Source of the DNA: Schmidtea polychroa
Taxonomy: Eukaryota
Reading direction: 5' to 3'
Length of the DNA stretch: 64,000 nt
Assembly: GCA_044892525.1 (NCBI GenBank)
Contig: CM097886.1
Span: forward strand, 112,034,001-112,098,000
The notes below the pieces were generated by a model. That model saw nothing but the letters and a program-made list of their open reading frames with translations, was not told the origin of the DNA and ran no database searches. Below are positions 38,075 through 52,230 of this stretch, one piece after another (the stretch's first letter is position 1; the number at the start of each line of letters is the position of its first letter). The translations under genes and the position numbers were made by a program.

Positions 38075-41000
38075 NNNNNNNNNNNNNNNNNNNNNNNNNN
38101 NNNNNNNNNNNNNNNNNNNNNNNNNNNNNNNNNNNNNNNNNNNNNNNNNNNNNNNNNNNNNNNNNNNNNNNNNNNNNNNNNNNNNNNNNNNNNNNNNNNN
38201 NNNNNNNNNNNNNNNNNNNNNNNNNNNNNNNNNNNNTAATATTATAAATAATTTAGATGTTAAAATAAATATTTATTTTGAATAAGAAAATGATAAATGT
38301 TGGATAAAAAATTATCTGACAAAGTGAGAACAGACAGTCAGTGACAGGAAGGAGGAAGAGTGCCATAATCATTATCTGTATTTATTCATCATGTCTTGAT
38401 TAATTCTATTTCAGCTGCCATTAAATGGAACAGGGAACATGTGTATTCAGAGATGTGGACATGATTATTTGATATTCAAATGAAATAGCAAGATTTCCCC
38501 AGAGGTGTCAGTGGAAATATCCTTTATTTTAACTCGGTATATAGAACATTATTCTGCACAAGGTGGCATTGAGTCGTTTTTTCTCAAATTATTTTCTTTA
38601 ATTTAAATGAAATTATTTAAAGTTTCAGACTATATTGTTAGTTAGTTATTTTATCTAGACATTTTTGGAGATTTTATTGATATTTATTATGAATTCTNNN
38701 NNNNNNNNNNNNNNNNNNNNNNNNNNNNNNNNNNNNNNNNNNNNNNNNNNNNNNNNNNNNNNNNNNNNNNNNNNNNNNNNNNNNNNNNNNNNNNNNNNNN
38801 NNNNNNNNNNNNNNNNNNNNNNNNNNNNNNNNNNNNNNNNNNNNNNNNNNNNNNNNNNNNNNNNNNNNNNNNNNNNNNNNNNNNNNNNAGTTTGGTAGTA
38901 TCCCTAATGGAGTCATGACCGGTCACAGAAATATCAGGACCAGAAAATAAAATCGTGATGGTCCCTATTTCAGTAAAATAAAGCAAGAAATTGAAATTTG
39001 CATATAAAACCAATATATTTAATTTAATTAAAGAACTAAAAACATAATATTACAAATTTAAAATGTCCTTATTAATTATATATGGATTATTAATAATAAA
39101 TACAGTATGTTCAGGGAGACAGTTAGATCACAATGAGAAGCGTCCCTAAATATTTAAAAAGAAGTAATTTATAAAATTTTGTCTATTTATATTCATTAAC
39201 AATATTACTAAAAATCGAATAAGGAAAAGGTTACCATTAGAGCCTTCTTTTGTGTAACGGCCCTCAAGAATTGGTCCCCTCTCCCCAATCTGTAATTGCG
39301 TTTGATTGCAGTGATTTCCAAAGCGTGAACTACATAGGGCTATGCAGGTATTTGATAATTATTTCCTGAAGAATGGGAATTTGATATCAATCAATTACAT
39401 TAATTTGTACGTTCGCAAGTAAAATTTGAATCATTCGCCTATATGGTAAAAATAATAATTATAATTAATCTCATATCCCTTTATAATTTAACTGATTCCG
39501 ATTCATCTTTTGTTTTAATATATTTGGTACCGTTTTTTTATATCAATTATTCATGGAGAGCATTTTCCGAATATCTCGCTGATAATCTTTTCCACGATTA
39601 TATCTATTTTTAATTATTTCTGTCATATTTATTGATTATAATTTTANNNNNNNNNNNNNNNNNNNNNNNNNNNNNNNNNNNNNNNNNNNNNNNNNNNNNN
39701 NNNNNNNNNNNNNNNNNNNNNNNNNNNNNNNNNNNNNNNNNNNNNNNNNNNNNNNNNNNNNNNNNNNNNNNNNNNNNNNNNNNNNNNNAAGAGTTAACAA
39801 ATAAATGACAAAATAAGCTTTTGCTGCAAAATATGTAATTTTACTGGTAATTATGTTTGTTACATTCTCCACCAAATGAAAGCATTAGTCTTCCTATTTA
39901 TTTTAAAGATTATAATATAGTAATATTGTATCCGCAGGTGTACTATATGGACACAAAATTTTGTCACCCAAATAATTCATTTCCCTACTTAGTTTAAAAA
40001 TAAATTTACTAGGAAAATTTAACACAGAAGGTAAAGAGCAGGATGATGATCTATCTCTTGGTTCGTGTGTGGACTCAATCAACAGTCATTAGAATCGGAG
40101 TGACTAAAGCTTAAGTTTCAATTTGTTATAGATTTTATTTCAATTTATCTTCAGTTATGACAAACGTAATATATAACAAGAGGGTCTCGATGTCGAAAAC
40201 CAAAAGGATGAGTAGGTCAATTAACTAAATGTGAAGGTCAACATCATTTTTACACTGATACAAAATGGGTAATTTAACAATCGTTGTTATGGTTATTTTT
40301 TAATTTCATTTCTGCTTTCATTTTAAAAAATTCAAATTAAATTCGAATTGTAAAATTTATGTGTGATCTGATGATTTTTGGCCTGCGCGCAGGCTTGTGA
40401 TAATTGCGCGGCACTTTTAATACTGCTGCGCCAGGGAACGTTAGTTATGATTAAAGATCAATAATTTTAAATAAAAATCGCCATTCGTACATCTTNNNNN
40501 NNNNNNNNNNNNNNNNNNNNNNNNNNNNNNNNNNNNNNNNNNNNNNNNNNNNNNNNNNNNNNNNNNNNNNNNNNNNNNNNNNNNNNNNNNNNNNNNNNNN
40601 NNNNNNNNNNNNNNNNNNNNNNNNNNNNNNNNNNNNNNNNNNNNNNNNNNNNNNNNNNNNNNNNNNNNNNNNNNNNNNNNNNNNNNNNNNNNNNNNNNNN
40701 NNNNNNNNNNNNNNNNNNNNNNNNNNNNNNNNNNNNNNNNATTTATTCAATCAACTGTTTCCGCTTTCACAGAATCAATGAAAGGGGTGAAACCATTAAC
40801 TAAAAATGTGATCCTCAAAACTCAGCCTCATTCATTCTTTCGCTTTTCATATCATTCTAAAAATTTGGTATATATTATTAATCTCGTGTCCTGTTGCTGC
40901 TGGGCTATTTTTTCAGTAACACTATGATTTCCTTGCTACATGTAGCACATATCATTATATTTTTTATTTAATATCTAATTTTTTATTACTATTATTATTT

Positions 41001-42782
41001 TCATCAAATATTTTGTTTTATTTTTATTTCATATTTGATTTTATTCTTTATATAGATGTAGTAGTTTCTTTCTGTTTCCCATAAATAATATTTGACCGGG
41101 TTTTGAATGCTCTTGGTTGGAAATTAAAAAGTCATCAACAATCCTGGGAGAAAACCCCCAAAATAATAAATATGCGTCCTAGAAATAAATCAATGATTGC
41201 CAGACACCGTTTCAAACAATTAATCATGGAGATATGTGATTCGTCATGGTCAAATATATAATATTTGATTCCCAGGGTTCATTTGCCCCTTCCGCACCCT
41301 CTCAGTCAATCAATTCGTAGCTTGCATATATTAAAAACTGACAAACTGAACACCCAGATATGAGTTAGCAACGCGGCAGTGAGACAAAAAAAATCCCAGA
41401 AATGTCAACTTGTTTTATTGAAGTAAAAAAGTTTTTTGACGCTTTCAGTTGGAAAAATCAATTTTTCAAAATTTTCTTCTGGCTATAATTGAAAAAAATA
41501 TTCATTTTCCGAATTACGGAGAAATTTAAAATCTGACTCAGGCCTGACTTAGTATTATTAATGCCCGTCAAAATATTTCCCAATCACTACTGAATTCATT
41601 ATTTCATTTTAATTCTGATTTGTTTTAATTCATTTGATTTGTTACATTCCCAATATGGACAGCAATTATATCAAGTTGTCTCTCCAGATCTTCAGGCTGG
41701 AATGGGAATTTATTTAAAGTAGAAGAGAGAAAATATTTACACTATGAATTAATTAAAAATTTATTAATATTAATTAATTATTTAACATAATTTATCGTTG
41801 AAAGTAATAATTTGTCATTTAAATTTTCTTCGACTTAATTAATATGAATTTATTATTTACTAATTTTGTGGATATCGCGCAACAATTTTCCAAAAGCGAA
41901 AATCAAACATCGCACCTCTCAAAGTTGATATGAAAAAAATAAAATAATTTTAAAAATCAATAACGAATTTTTTTACAAAATATTATAAAACAAAAATATT
42001 TTCCTTATTACAACTTATTTTGAAAAAATGTAATTAAACATATTTTTGGATTTTAATTAAATATTAAATTATATTTTTATTAAAACAATTCAATAAAAGT
42101 TCATTTTTAAATAAATTTTTAATCTTTTATGAAAGCGTTAAATTTAATTAAAAATTTTAACTAAAAATATTTTTACAATATATTTCGATAGTCACGTTGT
42201 CATGATTAAGTGGAATAGAAAAACATTATAGACTAGTTAGTTATAAGGCTCCGTTGAAAAATAACAGATACTTTAATTTAATTTAATATACACGAAATAA
42301 TTATTAAAATTTTCTGCTAATATTATGCGAATTTAATGAAGAACCTCTTGAAAAACTACATTGCGTATAAATAGTCTCTACTCATTCAATAATCTTCCTT
42401 CTTGTGGGTTCGATTCAATATACACCTTCACTTGACTTGCAATTCTTGATTGTGATAAAGCCACATACAGTTTGCCGTATGGAAATACTTGGGTCTCTAA
42501 ATTGATGCCAACGCGATCAAATAATGAAAATTGATCACAATAAACAAAATGAAATTGATTTTTGAAAAAATTTGAAATCTAAAATATATTCTAATACATA
42601 AATAATAATAGCGTTACGAAAATATATATTAGTAAATTATGAATTTATTAAAGAAATAACAAAATTATTATTATTATTATTTTAAAAAATTTAAATTAAA
42701 TAAAAAAAATTAGTTTTAAATTGAAATATTTTCAAAAAATTATAAATATGCTAGCTAAATAATATCTATTGTTTTATGCTAT

Positions 42783-42809
42783 CTGATGATGACAGTGGAA
42801 TTATCGAAA
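42783..42809 (+). ncRNA. Hammerhead-like core in a solo Penelope pseudo-LTR copy
   Basis: CTGATGA-T-GACAG-TGGAA-TTATC-GAAA-TAT; flanks resemble the 37997 copy. Confidence 0.55.
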
Positions 42810-43821
42810 TATGTCGTAAAACGTATGTTAATATTCAAAGTTTAGAAGCCCAGGAAAACTAAGTTCAAAATTATTTTGGCGTCAACTTCGCATAAGAAAG
42901 TTTTAAGACTTTCAAATCCACTTTATTTTTGCCATTGTTTTTGGCTATGAAGTGAATGAATGCTATTCAAATTTTTGTATGGAAATTGTAAAGGAACAGA
43001 CTGTGATTGGGATATTTCCATGGAATTCCACATATTAAGGGTCGTAGCTTATTTGAGCAAATTATTTGGTATTGACTGCAACCTTTTGATCTGAAATTCA
43101 TGGATTTGTATTTTTTTAACACACCATTTTAAGTTAGATTTTTATTAGTATTTTATTGGGACTGAAACTGCCCACATTTGATTAAATTTTCAATAATAAT
43201 TCAAAGAAATAGGAATAAAATTTGCAATAGTTATATATTATTAATTAGATTGAACATTTCTATTTGCACTTTGCCAATTAATTCTAGATTTGATAATAAA
43301 TTCCTTGAAGGCATCAAATGACGGGTGAGGTCCGAATATTCTGGCAGAATTGAGAAATTCTAATAAAAGAAAGTTTATCCACCACAATCCATTAGGAAAT
43401 GTTTTCTTTTTTTGAACTTGAACTGTGAATTATTTTCCCTGGAAATGTCATTCAGGAATCAGTAAATGTGTTCAGCAATTAACCGGGGAAGAATGATGTA
43501 ACTTATAAGAAATAATTGTCCGAAGTTGTTTAGCTGATATAAATTACGTGGAATTAATTACAATGTTTTCATAGCATTCTCATGCTAATCGGAAAGTTCG
43601 GTTGACTTTTTATAATTTAGTTAGAATNNNNNNNNNNNNNNNNNNNNNNNNNNNNNNNNNNNNNNNNNNNNNNNNNNNNNNNNNNNNNNNNNNNNNNNNN
43701 NNNNNNNNNNNNNNNNNNNNNNNNNNNNNNNNNNNNNNNNNNNNNNNNNNNNNNNNNNNNNNNNNNNNNNNNNNNNNNNNNNNNNNNNNNNNNNNNNNNN
43801 NNNNNNNNNNNNNNNNNNNNN

Positions 43822-43907
43822 TCGAAAATTTTTTCATTAAATACATTATTTGCAGCAAAAGGCTTAAATTATCATTTTATTGTTTTAGATAATAAATGCT
43901 GCTACCA
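43822..43907 (+). repeat. Near-identical copy of 5119-5204
   Basis: Direct comparison; both copies end at GCTACCA before an N run. Confidence 0.9.
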
Positions 43908-44479
43908 NNNNNNNNNNNNNNNNNNNNNNNNNNNNNNNNNNNNNNNNNNNNNNNNNNNNNNNNNNNNNNNNNNNNNNNNNNNNNNNNNNNNNNNNNNNNN
44001 NNNNNNNNNNNNNNNNNNNNNNNNNNNNNNNNNNNNNAACATGCAATTTGATCGTATTGTTCAATCCATTCATAAATTTGAATTGAGATTGGGGTTTTTC
44101 TAAGTCTTATAGCACCATTATTATTATTTTAAATTCAAATCCATTGATTTGAATGTCTACTTCGACACTTATTAGGAAGTAGAAGTCACATATTTCCAAA
44201 AACATCATCAACATGTTTCAAATATTGGTCTATGTCAAAAAGTTTGTGACAATTATCAAAACCGACTCTGATGTAATCAACATTCATATTCATTGGCGTT
44301 ATATCCTTGCTGTCATTGAAGTCAATTATATAATGATTCACAAAATCTCCTGACTGGTAGCATACCTTAAGGGGAGAAATGCTCCAATTTATTTTACAAC
44401 AATTAATATTGTTATTATTAAAAACATTATTATTTTGTTGTGAGTTTCCTTAAATGAAATTGAAATGAAAAGAAAATTA

Positions 44480-44725
44480 TAAAAAGATGGGAGCCACATC
44501 ATAAGAGGAATATATAATAGTATATAAATTTGCCACTGGTACTCAATAGTCTGATACAGTGCACTAAAGGATTGGAGGAACGACGCAAACAAAAAAAGGG
44601 AAATGGATGAAATAGGTTGTGAAGCGGCATCCGTTTGATATCAATAATTGCATTAGTATAATTAGTGTTATCCGTATACCAGGGAAATTGTATTATCATT
44701 ATTATTATAACTATTATTATTTCTT
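44480..44725 (+). mobile_element. Possible 3' end of a non-LTR (RTE-like) retroposon
   Basis: Broken frames give ..HIIR.. and ..DWRNDA..R.KW.., followed by a (TAT)n-like tail. Confidence 0.3.
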
Positions 44726-45104
44726 TATAGGTTGTTCATCTAAATTTTATGCCATTTATCGTGTGATGTTAGTCACTAATGAAAATGTCTGTGGAAGTCG
44801 ATTCCAAATTAAGTTAGACAGGCATTGTCTATGAGACATTGCCCATTCATTGCCCGGCAGATGGGGTATTTTTAATTGCAATTCAATTGAAGTATATTTG
44901 AGAAGTTTCTAGAATATATTTGAACAAATTTCTCCAATAGTTGTCTCTGACTCACATTTTTGCATAAGCAATATCTGTCACAAATTTTTTGATGTAAAAT
45001 AAAAATAATCTTGGTATTTTTTGTTTAAATTATGAACATAGATCTTTGTTTAGCTTGAAAAAAATTTTGAAAAATTCTGGTTTTTTCGAATTTAATTAAA
45101 TTAA

Positions 45105-45418
45105 CCTTTTCACGACATGCTAGTTTTCTATTAAATATGCCTATAAGACAGACAGTTTTCTATAAACTTCGATAGTTAATTAGTATACAAACGTTCGTGT
45201 GCCCACTTTGAAATAAGAACTACTACTGCCAGATTTATAAATGACAAATAAAGTAACAACCAAGTTTAAACTTGCCTATAAAGACAAATAAATATATCTA
45301 ACACATAAAACGCAAGAACCCGTCATATGTCGCTTAAATATAATGAAATCTGATAAATACGGTCCGACTATTTGTCACAATTTTCTTTCACGAGAATACG
45401 GTCTTCGGTGCGTAAAGG
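45105..45418. mobile_element. piggyBac-type MITE
   Basis: TTAA-CCTTT...AAAGG-TTAA; homologous to 19661-19922. Confidence 0.75.
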
Positions 45419-48400
45419 TTAATATAATTTTCTGAAAAATTTCGAATTTTGCTGCATTTGATTACATCGGAATTTAATAGAAACAATGAATGACACTGTA
45501 GCGCTTGAATTTTAAGCAGAAATCGCCCAAATTCTAGATTATTTTATTGTTGAGTTTCATTCTTTCCAACATCTGGTTCTTATGTAAATAAATAAAAGGA
45601 ACCTCTTTTTCGGAATATTTATTTTTTTACAAATATACACAAAAGAAAAAAATAAAATTCACCTTTGCAGTAAATTAATCAACTTGTATTATGTCGATGC
45701 GTGTTATGTTCGAATGCTGCTAATTTAGCACATTAGTGCTTTCCGGGCTAATTTCAATTTTCAACTTGGCCGCTCCTGGGCTTCCAAGAATATAATTCTA
45801 GTTTAAGTTAACCAAACTTTGTTAACCGAGAGGGACTAATTACTAATTTTTAATATCTTATATACGCGAAGTTAACCAATCTAAATAATTGACTTCTGGA
45901 TTTTCCAAAATTTATTAGTTTTATTTTTTTTTGTTAATCAGTTATAAAAACTTCCATATCCAGGTAAGTTTGTTTTTTCAAATCAAAGATCGATATTTCA
46001 GAATATTGTGATTTGGAATTACGGAATTCAAAAATTCAATTATAATGTCAATAATTGACATTTGAATAATGCAACAAAAAATAAAAATATAAAATTGCAC
46101 TTACAAATAAAAATAAAAATATCAATATGAAATTAATACAAAAATTGCCAATAAAATACAGATCAAAATAAGACTATCAATACTGTTAAAATTATTATTG
46201 AGATAATTACATCGAAAGGGTGATAATTGAGACATAAATTAAATAGGGTAATAATGTTGAAATTGTTAATAGCAACTGCAAAACGATTGAGAGAGAGATA
46301 AACGGTAATTGTCAAAAGAGTGATTGAAATTGTAGAGATTTGTACCTGACCTGCCAGCCAATATTCAACATTATAATAAAATTGGTTTCAAATTTTGAAT
46401 TGCAAGTATAAACAAAACATATTGCACCAAAAAGCAAAAATAAATAAAAGTAGAAAATACACATGATGAATAATTATTAATAATAATTAATACTTTTCTG
46501 AATTGATTTAATCTTAGTGGTTGTTGTGCAGTTAAGTGAAATTAACGTGGCATTTGAAAATCGTCTCATATATGTTTAAAAAATTTAACTCAAAGATCTT
46601 ATTCAAACAATTAAAAAAAATACAATAGCAAACTTGTGACATAAATTAACAAAGTTCGTTTTCTCTTTAACTCCGCTTCTTGGTGACCTGTAAGTCAAGT
46701 TAATTTTATATTGACGGCATGTATATCTATGGAAATTCTATTATCTTCACTCTTGGAAGCTCACCTTGGTTCCAGACTTCTCAGATTTTATACGTATTCA
46801 ACATCATTGTGAAAGATACATTATAGTAAAGACTTGTTTAATGATCCTCGTGCTGCTTCAATAACGAGTTAGTAATAAAAATCAAGAAACTCAGCAGTGG
46901 TGGAAAAGGAGGAAAGCAACCGAATACAAGAAAATTCCTCGAACCAGCTTAAAGAAGACATTTTAATGGTTTGATGTTAGCTATTTTTACCAAATATGTT
47001 AAACCTGGGGTAGTGAAATATTATTTCCTCTAGATGATTTAAAATTTTTCTAAATATTCGATAAATGGAAACGTCTGAATCTTGTTTCTAATGAACGAAA
47101 TAAAATGAAGAAATCCTTACAAATATTGTATTATTCACTTCTTATTCGAATTGTCCTAATAATGTCTAATCCTTTTATTTGGAACTTATAGTATATGAAC
47201 TAGCAATTATGAGTTTGTAACTTAAAATGAAAAATTAAATTAATGAATTATATTATTTTACATTATAATTTTTTAAGATAATATTAAAGTTTTCATTTTA
47301 ATAAAATTCATTTTTATGAATTGAGTTAAAATTTAAATCTTTAATTTTAAAGTCTTTAAGTTTTCATATCAAAAAAATATTTTTTTACAATTTTTCTGTG
47401 AATTTATATATAAAATTTTACTATTAGAAATTTCACTTGTTTAAATATTATGTAAATTACATTAAATATTTAAAATCTTTTAAATATCAGTTAATTTCCT
47501 AGAATTAATATTTAGTAAAGTTTGCAAAAATTAAAATACTGATGAATATAATATGGGAAGTAATAAAATTAATCAGATTCAGTCATATATTTGTTGGACA
47601 ATGCTTATTGGTAAAATAGATTTTAGAATAAAAACCTGACTTTAATTTTTATTCTTTGAAAGGAATTTTTATTGGAATGTGAATTTTGATTTGTGACTAA
47701 TCCCAATTTAGTGCATTATTCGTGAAAGAGAATCTCCATCATCATGTGGATCTATTAAACATTTAATATTATCATACTGTTTTGCAATTTTCGGCAGTGC
47801 GATTTTATATGTTTTCAATTTCATCAATCTATTTGATCTGGCAATAAATCTATTGACTGTCAGTCGATTTAGTAATGGCCTATTTTGTGGACTGTTTCTC
47901 GTAGTAAATAAGCATTTTTTGATTATTTACAGGAAGAAATATGATAGACATTTCAGTGGATTTGTTATCAATTTTGAATTGTTTATTGGCTCTTTGATAT
48001 CGACTTGTAATTTTATGAAAATGAATGTGAATAGTTTCGCGCTAATCGGTGGCGCTCTAATGATTAAGGCAATATTTCGGTTAGGGTTAGGGTTGTTTAT
48101 GATTATCAAGATTAACTGTATTCGGCTCCAAATAATTTTAGCGTTGGCTCTCATAGACCAACATCTTCATCCATTATAATTTGCGAAATATGTAATAAAT
48201 CCTAACAATAATATGAACCCGAATAGATTTGTTATCCAACCACTACACAAATCAATCCAAGAAATAACGGACAAATAATTTGATTGGGATATCTGAATAA
48301 ATTGGAAGCTTGATAATAATTGTTACTTTTTATGATCAGTAGTGAATTATTAAATACATTTTTTGTTGATCAAGGAATATCGTATTTTTTTTGAGTTATA

Positions 48401-48596
48401 ATGCTTTATAAATAAATCATTTTATTTATTGATGTTGAGTAAAAGTTTGTTTTACTTTTTCGGGTATATTAGTGAATTTTGAAAATTGGTGAATTTTAAA
48501 AAGCTTTGTAATTTAAAAAATTTGGAAATTAAATGTTTTCTCGTTTATTTTGTAGTTCTATTAATATTTGTGACTTCATGACTTCATCATCTAATT

Positions 48597-51354
48597 CAGG
48601 CATGAGCAACTTGTTTTTGTTAGGGGCCAGTTCAGTCTTTGAAAATGTTTCGGGGGCCGGATGTATTTAGCACGAATTTATTAATATATATTCCAATAAT
48701 ATATCTTTTTAATAGCAAAGATCATTTAAATTTACATGATTAGGCATATATTATATATTATATACTATATACTAGTTGTTATTGGAAGGCTAAATATACA
48801 AACTATGAAAATACCCAAATTTAACTTTAATAATCCCATATTTATAGTTTATTTACTCGCACAAACTCTGGATTGTTCGAATTTTATTTTTTATGCTTCT
48901 CAAGTTTGCATATACTACTCAAATATACCCAACATATCAATATCAATCTTGTTCTGGTTTTGGTCTGTGTGACATTTGACACTTCTTATCACGACATAAA
49001 TCTGAAATATTTGCCTTGATAGTTGATGTTGCTACTCGTAATTCGTTTGACAAGTTATCATCAGTGAGCCGACATCTGTTTTTGCACTTTGTTTGTTTCA
49101 TCTTAGAAAAGAATTGTTCACAGATGTAAGTGCTGGGGAAAAGTGAGACCATTTTCAGCGCATGATATCGGATTGATGGAAACGCTTTCTGAGAAATGTA
49201 GAGTTTGTAGAATTGAATCAAAGAGACATCACGAAACTTTCTTTCCAGATCGCCATTACACTGCAATTCAATGAGCTCTATTTGCATTGATTCTGGTGCT
49301 GTCTCAACATTAACACTGAATGGTTCAGAAAATAGTTTGAAATCATTTTCATGTTCGGCAAAATCAGCAAATCTTGAAGAAAACTGTGTTTTAAATGCAA
49401 TTATGTGTTCATTAAATTTCTTCGTGTTAGCTAAATTTGCATCATTTTTGCAATCAGTTAAATTTGGAAAATGCACCGTAATGTCCTTTGATAATTGATT
49501 CTCCCATAGTTTCAGCTTTGTCTGAAATCCTTTGATATGATCGTAAAGATTATTTATCAGTTGATCCCGGCCTTGTAACTTCGTGTTTAGATCATTCAGA
49601 TGCGTTGTGATGTCAACCAAAAAGGCCAAGTCAAGTAGCCAATTTGCATCGGATAACTCCGGAATTGGTTTCGACTTCATCTCCATAAAAAGTTTAATTT
49701 CTTCACGAAGGCAATAAAAGCGATGCAATACTTTTCCTCTGCTCAGCCAACGAACTTCGCTAAAGTAAATTACATCCGAGTATTCTATCTCAATGCTAAT
49801 GAGAAACTCTTTGAATTGTCGATGATTCAATCCACGTGATCTTATGAAATTCACGGTTTTCACAACAACTGTCATCACATGGTCCATCTTTAGTTCTTTT
49901 ACACATAAATTCTCTTGGTGGATTATGCAATGTGATGCAATTAATTGCTCACTTCCTTTCATTTTAACAAGCTCCGCCTTCAATAAACCAACTACTCCAT
50001 TTTTTATTCCAACCATTGCCGGAGCTCCGTCTGTCGTTATTCCTGTTAGTTTTGGAAGAAAAAGCCCGTTTTCTGCCAATGCAGTTTTGATTTCATCAAA
50101 AACATCTTCTCCAGTTGTAGTCCCTTTCATGCTCGCTAATTTCAACAGTTCTTCCGTAACGTGGAAGTCCTGATCAACCCCACGCACAAAAATTGCTAAC
50201 TGCGCGGTGTCTGTCATATCCGTGCTTTCATCAAGGCATATTGAATATGCTTGAAATAGTTTAGCTTTTTCTTTCAAGATTGTTTCAATGTTTTTTGCAA
50301 TATCATCAATTCGTCTTACGATTGTAAATCGAGAAAGGCTGATATTCGAGAAAAGTTGTTTTTTTTCGGGACAGATACAATCCACAGCAGCATCAATGCA
50401 TTCTTTGACAAACTCCCCATCAGAAAACGGTTTCAGTTTCTTGGCAATTATCTCACTTATCATGAAACTCGCCTTCACAACACACTCAACCTCTTTATTA
50501 ACTTTGATAAAGAATGTCTGTTGCCCTAGAAGTGCTTTTCGGGGAGATTCGATCCTATCTTTCCTTAATTGTCCATGTATCTGATCGAACTTTTCTGTAT
50601 GCTGAGTCTGGTAATGCAGTCTTACATTAAATTCCTTTTTAACGGAAATTGATATCGAGCAAACAAGACAAACGAGCATATTGTTTGATTCTACAAACAG
50701 ATAATCCGATGTCCACTTATCATTAAATACTCGGTGTTCACTGTCAACTTTTCGTTTTTTTGTAATAGTGTTCATCCTCAACTGTGGTTGAAATTGCGTA
50801 TTTTTTTTTATAATATAAACATAAAATTATAAGTTTTGTTCATAGAGGTAGTGAACATAATTTTTGATAATTGAACTGTTGGCTAAAGGAGTTTTATTGT
50901 ACAACCTCACCTGCCTAATAATATGACAACAAGGGCATTAATGCATTCATTCCAGTCACACTCATCCTCACAGTTAAGAGAGAGCTACTAGTACATCCTA
51001 ACCTCTCCTACAGGATTGAATAAAGGCCAGCTATTAGAGTAGCAGTAGCACACCAACGAACTTGGGATCATCTTCAGCCCTGCACAATTATACGCTCTAC
51101 ATGAAAGTTGGAAGTTTCCTTAAAAGAATATAACTAAATACTTCACAGTGAGGTGTAAATGTGGAGAGATGACCGGAAGTTTATTGCTGCACCATCACGC
51201 TTATATTAAATGCGTATTTGTACTAATGGTGTAGCTCTAACGTCAACTGCATACATTCCTGAAAGCTTATCAAGGGCCTGGTTATATGGTGTGGATCAAT
51301 GAACACTGGGGTCCGGTCAAAAGAGGCTCGCGGGCCGTATGTTGCCCATGCCTG
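48597..51354 (-). mobile_element. Full-length hAT transposon (SPIN/Buster group)
   Basis: TIRs CAGGCATGAGCAAC / CAGGCATGGGCAAC (13/14); perfect TSD ATCTAATT (48589-48596, 51355-51362); encloses an intact transposase. Confidence 0.95.
48943..50781 (-). CDS. hAT transposase, SPIN/GTF2IRD2-like, 612 aa, apparently intact
   Basis: KKRKVDSEHRVFNDKW, BED finger CLVC...HYQTQH, LDESTD, TTDGAP, HCIIHQE, VRWLSRG, FPSTYICEQFFS. Confidence 0.95.
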   Translation of the reverse strand: MRMNTITKKRKVDSEHRVFNDKWTSDYLFVESNNMLVCLVCSISISVKKEFNVRLHYQTQHTEKFDQIHGQLRKDRIESPRKALLGQQTFFIKVNKEVECVVKASFMISEIIAKKLKPFSDGEFVKECIDAAVDCICPEKKQLFSNISLSRFTIVRRIDDIAKNIETILKEKAKLFQAYSICLDESTDMTDTAQLAIFVRGVDQDFHVTEELLKLASMKGTTTGEDVFDEIKTALAENGLFLPKLTGITTDGAPAMVGIKNGVVGLLKAELVKMKGSEQLIASHCIIHQENLCVKELKMDHVMTVVVKTVNFIRSRGLNHRQFKEFLISIEIEYSDVIYFSEVRWLSRGKVLHRFYCLREEIKLFMEMKSKPIPELSDANWLLDLAFLVDITTHLNDLNTKLQGRDQLINNLYDHIKGFQTKLKLWENQLSKDITVHFPNLTDCKNDANLANTKKFNEHIIAFKTQFSSRFADFAEHENDFKLFSEPFSVNVETAPESMQIELIELQCNGDLERKFRDVSLIQFYKLYISQKAFPSIRYHALKMVSLFPSTYICEQFFSKMKQTKCKNRCRLTDDNLSNELRVATSTIKANISDLCRDKKCQMSHRPKPEQD

Positions 51355-51640
51355 ATCTAATTCTATAAAAGCAAGGAAACCAGATTTGCTTAATAAATTT
51401 GGAAAATTTGAGTGTGATATTAACTATGCATTTATTATTCCCAGTGAAGATATTGTAATTGTTCCTGCGGAGAATAGAAGTGTTAGAATCTATATTAAAG
51501 AGAGGCTGGTGGCTATTGGCCTGCCGTATACCATTATTTACCAAGTCCTGGGACATGTTTGCAATATTGCAATGTCAGTAAACATATTTTCATCGGGTGC
51601 GATAACGGAACTGTCATGGAGTTTAAATTAAAAGATTTCT

Positions 51641-51695
51641 GTACATAGACGTACATGGACAGTACATGGACGGTACATGGACGTACATAGACGTG
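51641..51695. repeat. Short tandem repeat of a ~10-11-bp GTACATRGAC unit (about 5 copies)
   Basis: GTACATAGAC GTACATGGACA GTACATGGACG GTACATGGAC GTACATAGAC. Confidence 0.85.
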
Positions 51696-52033
51696 ACTAC
51701 TTGCCTCATGTAGCCAGAGTTACGGAGCTGATTATATCACAAAAATCTAATTGGTTGCTTTTATGTAGTAAAGACAAATTATTTACTATATATTCACTCA
51801 AATCATTTGGTATAGCGTTCTTAACAATGATTGAATCCAACTCCACCACACTTACCTATAATAAATGTGTGTGTATGTGTGTCATAGTCAAATGTGACAT
51901 TGAATTGGCAATTACACTATAGAAAGATATAAAAATCGCTGTTGGAAGAAAAATTAATAAATACACAAACACGGTTCACAAAAAATGTCTATAATAAAAA
52001 ATATACACAACAGGACATTGATTTAGCTTACGG

Positions 52034-52230
52034 CAGTGGTTCTCAAACTTTTTTGATCACGACCCAAATTTTTGACATTTCATGCCAAAAATTTTATTGC
52101 GACCCACATGACAAAGATTAATTTTAAAATAAATGTTTATTTAATGAGAATAACTCTATTTAACTCTAGTTATTCTAGTCATCGCGACCCACCAAAAATT
52201 CTTTCGCGACCCATAGTTTGAGAAACACTG
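52034..52230. mobile_element. hAT (Charlie-type) MITE, 197 bp
   Basis: TIRs CAGTGGTTCTCAAACT / CAGTGTTTCTCAAACT; perfect TSD GCTTACGG. Confidence 0.92.

Noticed and set aside
44187-44260. YLKHVDDVF as a reverse-transcriptase YxDD motif
   Set aside because: Surrounding RT motifs are not recognisable; too short to call.
48081-48096. TTAGGG repeat as a telomeric seed
   Set aside because: Only two units; expected by chance.
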